64,000 bases of DNA from Eledone cirrhosa (GCA_964016885.1 OZ024752.1:43400001-43464000); one strand, 5' to 3'. Shown: positions 40,285 to 52,548, counted from the first letter of the stretch. Notes: generated from the letters alone by a model not told the origin. A program made the numbers and translations.

Positions 40285-40980
40285 ATATATATGGGAGAGA
40301 GAGAAATTACCCTCAGTAGATCAGACAGAAGAACCAGCTATTGAGATTGACGAATATAGGGTCCAAGAGGCGATTAAGGAAATGAAAAATGGTGAGGCTG
40401 CTGGACCATCGGAGATAGTTGTTGAGATGCTGAAGGCCTCAGGGGACGTAGGCACTAAACTGGTTGCACACATCAATCAGGCTATATATGGCAGTGTCAT
40501 ACCCAAAGACTAGTGCAAAAGTAAAGGGGATGCTCTTGAGAGGAGAAATTATAGGGGTATAAAACTGATGGATCAGGTTATGAAAGTGGCAGAAAGGATA
40601 TTAGCACAACTAATTAGAGAAAGGGTCAAACTAGATGAGATGCAGTTTGGTTTTGTGCCTGGGAATAGTACAACAGATGCCCTCTTCTTGATGAGACAAT
40701 TACAAGAGAGGTTCTTAGAGAAAAATAAGCCACTATACTTAGCCTTTGTTGACCTAGAGAAGGCCTTTGATAGGGGTACCCCGATCTGTCATCTTATTAT
40801 TTAACCTATAAATGGGGCCCTAACAGGTACTACTACACCAGGCCAGAGCAGACCTGGGAGTTATGACAACTAAGGGGGTAACTCCACGTTCCCCACAGTT
40901 CCTCCTGAACTTGAGCCTTGCCACTGGATGTAGTTTAATGTCATACCCAGGACAAATATATACACACACATATATATATA
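39785..40980 (+). repeat. Diverged array-edge segment: second RTE RT fragment joined to a partial paralogue of unit positions ~657-1560
   Basis: 39744-40073 translates VLKDCCSNILVNCYKGKGDALDMSNYRGIKLMDQ... From ~40070 the sequence matches the unit, with many substitutions at first and few later. Confidence 0.9.
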
Positions 40981-40984
40981 TATC

Positions 40985-41140
40985 AAAATTGATGGAAGTT
41001 ACGGAGTAGGCAGACCCAGAAAAACCTGGGACGATCTGATAAATTCCGACCTTACATACATCTCTCCAAGACAATGTCACTGGACAGAGATCTTTGGCAC
41101 TACGCAGTAATACAGAAGACCTGATTTGTCTATGTACAAC
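40985..41140 (+). mobile_element. RTE-like LINE C-terminal fragment of a different subfamily
   Basis: Translates GVGRPRKTWDDLINSDL. Confidence 0.6.
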
Positions 41141-41281
41141 GCGAAACCTCGTCAGTAGGCACCTCTTAACCAAAAATACACCCGCATCCCACTACCCTCT
41201 CCTCCAACCTCTTTCTCTGTAAAGTTATGTTGGTACCACAACATCCAGCCCTAAATAAATGAGGTCGTGTAGATGTCACGA

Positions 41282-41319
<38 letters not shown>

Positions 41320-41322
<3 letters not shown>

Positions 41323-41528
41323 CCACGCTGTAATGTGCCCGTGTAGGTAACACGGTAAAAACCTCCCAGTCCACACTAAACGTGGTTGGTGTTAGGAAGG
41401 GCACCCAACCGTAGAAAACCTGCCAGACAGTCCTATACGAGCGAGAAAAACCAATCTTGCCTCAAGTGGGACATCTCCCGTCTAAACCCATGCTAGCGTG
41501 GAAGATAGACTTTAAACGATGATGATGA
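41320..41528 (+). mobile_element. RTE-dependent SINE or non-autonomous element
   Basis: Carries the ggttggtgttaggaagggcacccaaccgtagaaa motif and the 3' end acccatgctagcgtggaa...aaacgatgatgatga. A shorter piece lies at ~365-420 of each unit. Confidence 0.65.
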
Positions 41529-41692
41529 TATATACACATGGGATAACAAGTTATCGTTTTAGGTAATCCAGTGAGAGGTTTCCTTACTTAGGTAGCGAGT
41601 TTGCAATAATTCCCATGCAGGTCGATCTTGGAGTAATAGTAGTGAAAGAATGAAGAGTAAGATGGTCGGCTGTATAAAAAGGGTTTTATTTA

Positions 41693-41792
41693 CAGTACTA
41701 ACAATTGTTTCATTGAACAGGTGAGTCTAAAAGTCGCTAATCACTCGACCTTAAATACAGTGTGTGGCTCTGATAAAATCATCGGAATACTG
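41693..41792 (-). ncRNA. Degenerate type I hammerhead-ribozyme-like motif (Penelope pLTR-type)
   Basis: Minus strand: CAGTATT-CCGATGA-long stem II-GAAAC AATT GTT-AGTACTG. Stem I pairs 7/7 with one G-U, and stem III is palindromic. The core deviates from CUGAUGA. Confidence 0.5.
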
Positions 41793-42199
41793 GAGGGTGT
41801 AACACATGGCATTAGCATTTATAGATACATCAGAGAATCGAGTGAATGAAAACGAAAACATCAATAATAAAAGATAAACAATAATAAAAGTATAAAGAAG
41901 AAAGAATGACGATATAAAAAATAAGTACAAAATACGGTTTCTGATAATAGTAGAAGTTATAGTGTAAGTGGATGTGTAAAATAGTGATGACAATGATAAC
42001 AATAACATGAAAAGGAATACGATATATGTTTCAGCAAAATAAAAAGGCAAGTTGTATAATAAAATATCAAAGGATTAAATAAATAATAAAAAGTAAGAGA
42101 TAGAGAGATAAGGAATAGGAGACAGGGACTGAGAATATGGATTCGAGGATGAGACAAAGGGTAGGAATAAGGAGAGGGACTAAAAGTTATGTTTTTCTT

Positions 42200-42990
42200 A
42201 ACGATGATAATACAAAATTAGAGGAATCAAAAGAGAATTACAGTACTATTCACATGTAGTGCAACTGGTGAAAAGTTTAAACCCCTTTTTACTGAAAAAA
42301 GCCTTAAACCTCGTTGTTTCAAGAATATTGACATTTCTAAACAGGAATTTTATTATAAAAAGAACATTACGGATGGATGACAGACAATATATTTTCATTT
42401 TACCTAAAAGAAATCAATTACGAATTTTTTAAACAATAGAGAAAAGTATTATTGCTCCTTGATAATGCAGCATGCCACAAACAAAGCTTTTAAAATATAA
42501 AACTTTTTTTTTTTCTACCCTCGAACACAACTACAAAATTACAACCTTTAGACCAAGGAATAATTTGGTCATTCAAAAGCAACTACAATACGATTTTTAT
42601 TAATAAAGTTGGTTAATAAAGATGTGAAAGTGTCAATTTAAAAGGAACGTCATGAGTTACGCCCCTTTATTTTCCGAGTTCAACTTGGCCTTTCATCCTT
42701 ATAGGGTCGATAAATAAAGTACCAGTGATGCACTGGAATAATTGCTGGCAAAAGTAAAAACAGTTATTGCATGGTATTTTTGGTCAGTCCAGGCATGGGA
42801 TTCGGTTGTAAAAGAGACAATTGTAAATTGCTGGGAAAAGTCAGGTCTACGAATACAGAATTCAATGAGTGAAGATTCGGTTGCAAAAGCATTGTGTTTA
42901 GAAAATGGGGAATACGAGCTGAAATACGCACTTAAGGAACTCAAGGAGCTAAAATATGATAATGTTACTTTTACAATTAAAACTTAAATT
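42200..42990 (+). mobile_element. pogo/Tigger (CENP-B-like DDE_1) transposase pseudogene, interrupted by a SINE at ~42645-42755
   Basis: ITVLFTCSATGEK, KPRCFKNID, RKVLLLLDNAACH, FLPSNTTTKLQPLDQGIIWSFK and AWDSVVKETIVNCWEKSG occur across frameshifts. Confidence 0.9.
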
Positions 42991-43739
42991 TAAATTTTTA
43001 TGTCTTGTTTTTAGTTTGGGGAGGGGGGGATGTCAAAATAACCAACTTTTCTTTTAAAATGTTAATTAAGGTAAACATGACAACTTAAATTCAAGTTTTT
43101 TGTCAAAAAAAAAAAAAAAAAGGTCATTATTGACATTTTTACACACACATATATATACATACATACATACACTAGCTACACTCTACGCTATATATATATA
43201 TACTACGAGTGGTTTTCTGCTAGCATGTGTAGTGTGTATATTGATATTATACGCAAGTATATATACATGTAGATATGATACGTCAAATAAAATCGCAATT
43301 GACAATATACACATTAGTTGAACGAAGACTGTGTTACACTGTCTTATGTGATAAATGATACATTTATAGATAAGGATGAGGGGCTAAATATTATCTATAT
43401 GATTTTACATTGTTGTTATAGGTCTTCGAAGGATATTAGTTATAAGTGATATAATTGAAATACCTTAATCGAAGAGTTGGTAGCTTCTTATCGGTAGTAA
43501 ATGCTGCTGACTTCCAGGATATAAATAAATAGCTCTTCAATGCTCACTCCTCTATAAATATAATTTTATTTGTCGAAAAGGATTGTAGGAGTCATTTTAC
43601 AATAAATTTTCGCGCGATGTATCATCTGCAAGTCAGTTCGGTCTGTCATACGCAACTTCCCATTGGTCAGTTTGATGTATGTTGAAAGTAAAGGAGTGTT
43701 TGAATGTGATTGTGGTGTTTGCGGTGGTGCTTGTATTGA

Positions 43740-44050
43740 CACATTGTAGCAGAGGGGAGTATGAGGCTCTGATGTGAGAGCATCTGTGTAGGCCCGCTTT
43801 AGTCTGTCAATAGAGTGTGTCTTTATGTCCATTAAAGTCAAAGGTGAAATGTTTATCTCTACGTGCAAGTACACGATAGGGTCCAGAATAAGGTGGAGTG
43901 AGAGGTCTTCTCACCGTCATTTCTGACAAAAACATGGGTCCACGAGGAAAGTCCCTCGGAACAGAATATTTAAAGGTTTGTTGCCTAGTTTTCATGCAAG
44001 TCGTGAAGGCGTAGTAGTGGTCGAATTGCCGGAGTACTCCAAAATGTTAT
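43740..44050 (-). mobile_element. Ty3/Gypsy integrase C-terminal (GPY/F) fragment
   Basis: VRRPLTPPYSGPYRVLARRDKHFTFDFNGHKDT, then after a frameshift SIDRLKRAY. Confidence 0.85.
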
Positions 44051-44659
44051 CAGCGTAAGAGCTGTGTAGGTGTATAGTCGCCAAGGTGTTCATCAAAGAC
44101 GTTCGTAAACTTTAACAAAATAGTTGCGAACAAAACATTTAAAAATAATCTTTTGAAGTCCGTAGTATCCTTGAAACAGTAAAGAGTGCGCTTATGTTGG
44201 CCAAAGTAAAAGCGCGGGAATAAGTGATGAAGAAATAGGAGGTGAGTCGCCACATTGGACAAAAATGCCATGTGCAAACAAAATATTGTGTTATTGTAAA
44301 CTCGACATTTTTTTTTTATGTGTGTGAAGGATGTATTCTTTACAGCCAGGTCACCATTTTTTATAGATACATCTTCACGCGTCAACTGTGTCGGTCTGTC
44401 TGGTACGCGTCAACTGTGTCGGGTTTTTAACAAGAGAGTGAGACTGCCCATGTATTCATACGCAACCTCCCATTGGTCAGTTTGACATTATTGCGTATGC
44501 AAATGTTTGTTTTAATGCGTAGTGGAACTACGTCGCACTTCACAATACCAACATTTGCATAGACGATATTATATATAAACTGCATTAGAACAACTACATT
44601 TTTTTCGAAACATTTACCTTCACCAGTTGGATACGTGACATTGCCACTGAAACTCCCTT

Positions 44660-44900
44660 AAATACGACTGAAATATTGGTCGGCTGGTACACCCCTCAAT
44701 ATTTTGCGTGTGTGTACTTGATATGGGATCAACGAAATGCTTTGAACGATTGACAGTGAGATGTGTATAACGACCAGGCATACCCGCCACTCATCTGTAT
44801 GGATCATAGATCCATTTGCACAGTGCCTTTCAATGAGAGGCAGCAGTCTCGGCAGAATCAAGACCACCGAGTATCGCCGGATTTTGCTCAACCCATTCAC
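44660..44900 (-). mobile_element. Merlin / ISXO2 (IS1595-like) transposase fragment
   Basis: LLPLIERHCANGSMIHTDEWR, then in a shifted frame HLTVNRSKHFVDPISSTHTQNIEG. Confidence 0.85.
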
Positions 44901-44964
44901 TACATACATCACGCATAAAATTGCACCGGTAAAAAAAATTTACTGTATATCGCAACAATATAGT

Positions 44965-45220
44965 GTTTAAAGAATTTTTTTTCTGTTAAAAACTGTAAAT
45001 CTGTTAAAAAAAAAAAATGTATTTCGCAGCAATATTTTTTCTGTTAAAAACTGTAAATAAATATTCATGTAAAAATGAAGCATAGTTTTTCTGTGAAAAA
45101 CTGTAAATAAATATTTATTTTGTTAAAAAATTAAATCAAAAATCTAATTTTCTCTGTTAATATTTTAATAAATATTTATTCTAAAAATTCAATGTTTTTT
45201 CGTGTAAAATTAACATGTAA
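44965..45220. repeat. AT-rich degenerate tandem repeat (tttctgttaaaaactgtaaat-like)
   Basis: The motif is repeated about five times. Confidence 0.6.
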
Positions 45221-45439
45221 AAATCAAGCAGCAGCAGCTGATGACGTGTCGTGTAGTGCGTGGAGCTAATAACTGAATGTCGATGATAATTTAAGACACT
45301 AAAACCAAGTATTGCCCCAACCCTAACCGTAAATATATTACATTTGTTTTAATCTTTAGTCACTTTACGGATATAAACGACGGGTGTAACTTTGGTTGGG
45401 GTTCACCGGGTGAAATTAATTCTGCACTCCTCTCAGGCA

Positions 45440-45506
45440 CGCGCTAGCTCGTATCTAAAAAAAAAACTCGTATGTCGGTTCACTCGTATCTCAAGGTATC
45501 ACTGTA
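45440..45506. mobile_element. Tigger/pogo-type transposon end
   Basis: ctcgtatctcaaggtatcactg|TA, i.e. a TIR beginning CAGTGATACCT next to a TA target site. Confidence 0.6.
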
Positions 45507-45879
45507 TTTAAAACATATTTGTTATTCTACTGTAAATTTATTTATATGCTCTGTTTATATTTTCATTCTGAAAGAATTGCAAACGATTTCTAATGTTATT
45601 TATACAACTGTGAATAAAAGAAATTTGATAGTTTGTTATCAACTAAATACATTTGGAACAATTATTTACATCTTACAATTTGAAATGTTATTATATATTA
45701 AATAAAGTACCAGTAATACACTGAATATTTGCCGGCCTTGTGCCAAAAGTAGAAACAATTATTATATATTAAATAACGTTACAAATGGGAGTGAAAATAT
45801 AAACACATATGATATATACAAAGCATATAAATAAATTTACAGTAGAATAACATAAATATGTTTTAAATATATACATAAC

Positions 45880-46130
45880 ACTACAAATGCTTAAGTAACA
45901 GTATAAATTGAAGGGGTGCAAAACGGAGCCAACACCAGAGCAAAAGACAGCAGCCAAGGGTACTGGGCAACCTCTCTAAAAAAATTTGAGGCAAGCCAGC
46001 ACACTGGCAGTGTTAGCTCGAGTGATGGCGAGGCTGAGGTGCTGGAAGAAACAAGCGCCCTCGCCAGTTACCTCTATTAGGCGAGCCGCCAGTGAAGAGA
46101 GGAACCTCGCAGTCAGCGGCCCGACTCTGT
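45880..46130 (-). mobile_element. CRE-like (RLE-type) non-LTR retrotransposon 3' fragment
   Basis: FFQHLSLAITRANTASVLAC; the following 3' sequence is homologous to 50030-50230. Confidence 0.75.
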
Positions 46131-46269
46131 GGAGATGGTGACACCACATCTTGTGACACGTTCTCCGCCAGCCTCAAAAAAAAAAAAAAAAAATAACGGA
46201 AAATAAACAAATACGAGGGAAGGTCACCACCGCCGACACCTCACTCGTACTTCGACCCCGTACAGCCGA

Positions 46270-46340
46270 GCTCCAAAACAACGTCGGAACGTTGTTGGCT
46301 GGCTGTTGCAGCGGGTGTCGCTGGCCATTGTCCGAGAGGC
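46270..46340 (+). mobile_element. Short CRE-like RLE C-terminal fragment in the opposite orientation
   Basis: Translates WLLQRVSLAIVR. Confidence 0.45.
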
Positions 46341-47164
46341 ACGGCTCTTAGGCCTTTACGCCCGAAGCCCCATCATCCTCTCCCTTCACCTCTACCCTCT
46401 CTTTTGCGACACTAGTTTTTCCTACCACCCTCCTCTTCCCGTTTCTTAATTTTTGCAGTTGTAGTATGTATGTGAGTGTGTGTAACATCACCACCATACC
46501 ATCAACATAAACACCACCACCACCAAAACTACCATCATGGTGGTGTTGTTGTTGTTGTTGAAAATTGCCGATGGTGTCGGAAAATATATGCATCTGTGTA
46601 CACGTCTTACCACGGTTGTGTATTTTCTTTCGTATCGTTTATTTATTTCATCAAGGCTAAGTCATGTCGGCTTGAGTAAATGGAGGGTGGGTGCAGGTTC
46701 GTTTCAAAAAGTCTCAGTTAAACAGTAATAACAATGATAAAACATTTCTGACCTGCCTGACCTTAAAAACAACTTAAATTGGCGCCATAAGGCTAGAGGG
46801 TTGAAAATTAAAATGTAGGATCGAACCTAATGCTAATCAGATAGGAAACTATTGCAAAACATGTTATAGGTTTAGGTTATCTAGGTAAGAGAATATGTAT
46901 TATATATACATCATACCACGTGGACCATACCGCACCGGAGTACTCGATATTTACGGTCGTATAGAGGGTCATAAGGAACAGAGTCAAGACCCCGACGGCT
47001 GAGCTCCGGCTGTTTAGACACCTACAACCGAACGGAGCAACGTGTGACACAAACAACCCTGGCCAGACGACCCGTCCAACCCATGCAAGCATAGTGTAGA
47101 AACAGGTCATAATTACATGTTAAATGTTTCATATGTTTATCTTTTCAGGTATAGAAATGGCATT

Positions 47165-47550
47165 CACTCAAAGTGATGAGGCCACATTTCATAGGAATGG
47201 CAAGTCACCGGCCATGTTTATCTGCAAATGCTTCAGAACTGGCTAATGGATCAGCTCATTGCAAATGAACATGAAGACTTCATTTTTCAACAGGACGTGG
47301 CTCCACCTCACTGGAAGCTCACTGTGCAGGCTTATCTCAATGACAATCTGCGAGGGATATGGATCGGGCATGCTGGTGATGAAGACAATGTGCTGTTGAA
47401 ATGGCCGCCATGCTCACCTCACCTGACACCTTGCGATTTTTTTCTATGGGGCTGTGTGAAAGGCCTGGTCTATGTCCTCCCTCTTCCTGCAAACGGGAGA
47501 TGGAGCTCAAACAGAGAATCAATACCGCACTGGAGACTGTTACCCAATAC
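47165..47550 (+). mobile_element. Tc1/mariner-superfamily transposase pseudogene fragment
   Basis: SDEATFH, FIFQQDVAPPHW and WPPCSPHLTPCDFFLWGCVKGLVY, a decayed WPPRSPDLTPCDFFLWG motif. Confidence 0.9.
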
Positions 47551-47900
47551 ATAGAAAGCTTACCAAAGAAGGTGTTTGAGGACCCTTCAGTTGTGTTAAG
47601 GATATGACAACCTCCATAGTCTTAGGATCTACATAAATGCTCCTAGTGTATGATGTTAAGTTGTTGGTGATAGGAAGGGAACCCAGCCACAGAAAATTTG
47701 CCAAACAAAAAGATGGGAGGACCGTTCAGTTGTGTTGAAGACATGACAACATCTGAAGTAATGGTGCCACAATACAATACACTCAGGAGAATGTGGGACA
47801 GTATGTAAACGAGATGTGGACCCTGACTCCACTCTGGTTTGTGAAGACCTGACCAATCCTTGCTAGCAGGGAAAGTGGGTGTTAAATGATGATGATGAGC
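47550..47900 (+). mobile_element. RTE-like 3' fragment
   Basis: Ends tgctagcagggaaagtgggtgttaaatgatgatgatga, like the tail at 2020-2069. Confidence 0.55.
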
Positions 47901-48189
47901 TGTGACGTTACTGGTAACAAGCTGTTTCAGACTTTACATTGCACGATGTATATAGTGTGTGTATATAGATATATATATGGCGGGTAAAATTCTTGAGATC
48001 CATATATATATACAAATATATATATATATACAAACAATGAATCAAAACATCAAATATGTTTAGGATTTTGTGTTTCTCAATAAGGAAGCTCAATAGACAA
48101 TATCTAGAGCCATAATAACCAAATGAAGAAGATATATATATATAGAGACACATTTATCTGTATATATATAACATTATGTGTGTGTGTGT

Positions 48190-48716
48190 GTATTACCTAT
48201 AGGGGCCTACATCTTACGACCGATTTTCGTGAAACTTTACAGGCTCATAGATTAGTCATCGGGGAGTGTTTTCTATATTTCAGCGTATCGTTTTTTTTTT
48301 CATTCCGGGGTCATTCTGCAGATAAAAATCTATAGGGGGGGGGGGGGTCACCTTTTTTTTAGGTATCGAAAAATACGATTTTTGGCTCTAACTCCCACAT
48401 TTTGCCACCGATTTCGTTCAAATTTTAAAGCAAAATAGAATTTATCATTGCACATCCTGTAATGGCTTTATATTTTGCATTTGTTGTTCAGGGACGGCGT
48501 GTCAGCCGCTTAAATATTAAAATATACCACTTTTAGACTCAAATTTCCACTTTTTCGGCTCTAGCTACCACATTAATCAACCTACTTTGTTCAAATTTTA
48601 CACTACGCTAGATCTGATTATTTCACGTCTTAAAGTGGCTTTACATTTTGGATATTTTCTTCGGGAACGGCGTGGCAGCCGCTTAAATATTCGAAAATAC
48701 CACCTTTTCGCCTCAG
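48190..48716. mobile_element. Non-autonomous element with a ~174-bp internal tandem duplication
   Basis: 48380-48540 and 48554-48716 are diverged direct copies (ggctcta...gttcaaatttta...cggcgtg.cagccgcttaaatatt). Confidence 0.55.
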
Positions 48717-48880
48717 GAGGTTAGCCGAAGATGACCTGGTGGAACACATTCCAAAATGACCCACAAACTGTCAACATCAGCTGGCATGGATGTCAACAAG
48801 CTGTCACGAAATGAAATCACTGGTCATATATTCCGGATGAAACAATCTGCACTAAGAACTAAAGAGCAATACATACCATG

Positions 48881-48951
<71 letters not shown>

Positions 48952-49302
48952 GTACACAGAATATATATAGACTATATGTTGTTGTCCAAAGGAAAGTCAA
49001 AGGCCGATATAACTTGGAACAAGAGTTGTCACAACTAATTTTTTTTTACAGCTGATTGGACTGAAGCAACATGAAATATATTGTCTTATTGTACAACACA
49101 TGCTGACAGCCCAGGAATTGAACTCACAAATCTATCATTGAGTCCAAGATCCTAACCAATACTCTATTACCTTTTACTCATGACTTCAAGGGACCCTGTG
49201 AAAACAAAGGCAATAATACACCACTGAAATGATCAACTGGTCAATCTATCAAATAAAATGACCATCATCATCACCATTTACTGTCCACTATCACTAAAAC
49301 GT

Positions 49303-49530
49303 AGGAAGACATGTAGCTTAGTGGTAAGAGAGTTGGATTGACAACCATGAGGTTCTGAGTTCAATTCCTAGACTAGGTGATGTGTTAAGTCCTTCAGCAA
49401 AACACTTTATTTCACCTTGCTCTATCTGCCAGGAGTTACAACTGGTAGATTATATCATCAATTGGAAAGACCAATGGAAACATTGTTTCTTTGGTCCAAT
49501 CTGATGAGTTCCACTCCGCTTGGTAAGTAA
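49303..49530 (+). mobile_element. tRNA-derived SINE (CORE-like central domain)
   Basis: A box tagcttagtgg, B box gagttcaattcc, then gtccttcagcaaaacactttatttcac. Related minus-strand fragments lie at ~49050-49160, 53350-53465 and 61190-61280. Confidence 0.75.
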
Positions 49531-49859
49531 GGTCTGAGATGTTGAGATTTGTTACAAAAAAAAAAAAATCACTAAAATCAAGATTCTGGTTTGTATGTGT
49601 TGTGATGTGTCAAGATGTGTGTCTGTTGTGTGGGATGGGGTTGTGAAGTGTATAGAGGAAATGTACACCACAATAGGACCTACAAGGGGTGTGTGAGGAG
49701 TCTACCCTCTACAACCCTCTCAGAAATAAATGGGTGAAGAAAAAGAAAAGAAAGTTGTAAAGTATTTTCAAATGTGAACTGTCATGAAAATACCATCCAA
49801 CAAATATTAAAGTTATAAAATTGTTTTTTTGTTCAGTGAATTAAAAATGAGAGGGTAAA

Positions 49860-50500
49860 ACAAGTATAACGTTTTATTTATTAACACAGTTTAACTCATT
49901 TGTATAATTAGAAGGAAAACACAAACAAATATAATATATACGAAGGAAAAGAAAGAGAAAAATACACAAGCAGGTAATACCCACATCTTAGATCATAGAA
50001 CAATATGCAGACGAAAGAATGGAAAACGTGCCGCTACCAGAGCAAAAGATAGCGAGGAGCACTGGGAAGCCTCTCTAATAATATTTTTGGCAGGCCAGCA
50101 CGCTCGCAGCGTTACCTGGAGTAATGGCGAGGCTGAGGTGCTGGAATAACCAAGTGCCCTCGCGAGAATCACCAGTTACCTCTGTTTGGTGAGCCACCAG
50201 TGAAGATAAGAAGCTCGCTGTCAGTAGCCCGACTCCCCCAGGCTGGATATTGTAGTTAGCTGACAGAACACGGTATTTTAGGATTTTGTTCCATTCAGCT
50301 GCGGATGCTGTAGCTCTCGCCCTTACCGCTGCATCCAGAATGTGGGAAGAAGCAAAAGAATCACTAACTATGACGTCCCAGGTAAGGCACCTGCCTCTTG
50401 ACCAGGAGCACAGAGTAAGACCGTGAAGTATTTTCCCATCAATTCTGGACAACCCAGACGGTTTCAAAATTGAGGGGATGTATGCCCGGGCCAAAGCTCA
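49860..50500 (-). mobile_element. CRE-like non-LTR retrotransposon, restriction-like endonuclease C-terminus and 3' UTR
   Basis: ORF 50075-50494: GLSRIDGK..GLTLCSWSRGRCLTWDV...AEWNKILKY...WLFQHLSLAITPGNAASVL. It is followed by an AATAAA-containing 3' end. Confidence 0.85.
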
Positions 50501-50849
50501 TGAGTGGTAATAGGACAGTGTGTGTGTGTATGTGAACGTGCGAGTTTGTCGGCGTTCTTAAATTAGAGACACGTGTGTGTGTGTGTGTCACTGTTTTTAA
50601 GTTAGACATATGTGTGTATCCCTTTCCTTCCTTTTACACACACATACACATTGTGTGATGGACGGGTGGACAGAAGTCCCTCAAATTTATATACATGTGA
50701 ATGAAGTTCTCTTGGAGCTATGTTCATGAGTGATGGAATGCAGGATGCTAAATTAAGTGCAAGAACTGCAAAAGCTGATGCAGTAATGCACCAGCCTCAG
50801 CAATCAGAAGAAAGGGGGTAGGTGTAAAAGCCAAACTCGATGTTTTCCT

Positions 50850-51310
50850 GGTACTCCTGCCAACTCTTACCGAGGATCATGAATCTGGAGTAATGACCAA
50901 AAGAATACAATTGCAAACAAATGTGGCAGAAATGGGATTCCTCCCAAGGTTCTTTGGAGTAACGTTACTCGATAAAGTGCATAACCCAGAGAACAGAGTC
51001 ACTCCTGGTAGAGCTACTAATTCTCTGAATTGAGAGATCCCAACTCTGATATTATGAGTATGTGGTTAGAATGTCTCAGTAAAGAATCGCTGGACACATT
51101 TTTACAGGCAAAACCAACCGTCAAGAGACTCAGAGGTAGACCCTGAGCAAGATAGTTGGATAACATCCATGAGCTTAGCTGGTCACGCTTTGGGATCCAG
51201 CTGCATCAGTTAGAGAGGTTTGCTACTGACAGACTCGCTGGAAGAGTGTTTGAGAAGGACTCTGCCCCCACGACCGTATCAGAAATAAGTGGGCGAAGAA
51301 AAAGATATTG
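50850..51310 (+). mobile_element. Highly decayed LINE 3' fragment (RTE-like)
   Basis: Residual gaggtagaccc (RGRP) and WSRFGI motifs; many stops. Confidence 0.45.
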
Positions 51311-52161
51311 TCAATTTACTTTTCAATTTACATATATATATATTTGCTTATATATATTTACATATATATATATATTTGCACACTACACATGCTAGCAGAT
51401 ATATCGATATATAAAAAACAGAAACAATAACAAATATATATACTCTTAAAAATAAAATTAAATTACTTAATTAGCTTTCTATATCCTGTTACGACAAACA
51501 CGTGTCTCGTCGGAAATATCTAAGAGACCTAAAATAAATCCCGTAAACGAGAAAATTGAAAAATAATCACGTCTAAATATATGTAGTTACCTTTTACAGG
51601 TGTTGTTGATGAAGGTAATGAGTTAACTCCGGTAAAAATCCAAGATTTGTGTCGATTAGAATTTCACTTTGGCAGAGAGAAAGGAATGCAGTCTGTGTAT
51701 CTAAGCAATACATATATTTATGTCTCTCTCTCTCTCACTCTCTCTCTCTCATATATATGAGAGATACCCTAACCCTACTCACGTAAATAACTACAAATGA
51801 AAATTCTAGTAAAAAAAAATTATAATTCCAAGGGAAATAACTATATTTTACCATTTGGTTCTCTCCCTTTGTGAGTGTGTTTTATTTACGTATTCAGACA
51901 GCCAGCCATACAGACACATAATATGATAAAATAGATACGTTGTATCTATTTATCTATCTAATTACTTGTCAGTTAAAACATTGCCTTTCTTTTCATATAT
52001 TAGAGAGAGCCGCAATGTTGAATTTCTTTACCTTATGTAAGTGTATGGGAGAGAGAGAGAGAGAAGAGATGTATGGAAGAGAGAGACAGAGACTGAAAGA
52101 GGCAGAGAGAGAATGGTTGCTGTTATATATATACATTTCTGTCTATCTTTATATATATAAA

Positions 52162-52548
52162 GAATAATTGTTTCTACTTTTGGCACAAGGCCAGCAATTA
52201 TCCCAGTGTATTGTACTTTATTTTATCGATCCTGTAAGGATGAAAAGCAAAGTGAACCTCGGCGGCATTTGAACTCAGATCATAAAGGGAGGTAACTCTA
52301 TGCTTCAAATCATGGCGTCCGACCCTCTAACGATACTGCCAATCCACCGTTCATATATATAAAGAATAATTGTTTCTACTTTAGGAACAAGGCCAGCAAT
52401 TACCCAGTGCATTACTGGTACTTTATTTTATCGACCCCGTAAGGATGAAAGGCAAAGTCAACCTCGGCGGGATTTGAACTCAGATCGTAAAGGGACGTAA
52501 CTATGCTGGAAAGCATGGTGTCTGACCCTCTACCGATACTGCCAATCC
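52162..52548 (-). mobile_element. Two tandem copies of a tRNA-derived SINE
   Basis: 52162-52350 and 52363-52548 each carry a B box (gagttcaaat) and the domain tttcatccttac.gg.tcgataaaataaagtac. The same family occurs at 42645-42755(+), 55350-55410(+), 58085-58265(+), 59805-59990(-), 60795-60975(-) and 61420-61590(+). Confidence 0.85.

Noticed and set aside
46340-46720. CpG-rich promoter or first exon
   Set aside because: The adjacent GC-rich sequence is explained by CRE-like fragments and low-complexity repeats; no convincing ORF or linked exons.
49303-49380. tRNA gene
   Set aside because: The A and B boxes run directly into a SINE body; no intact cloverleaf.
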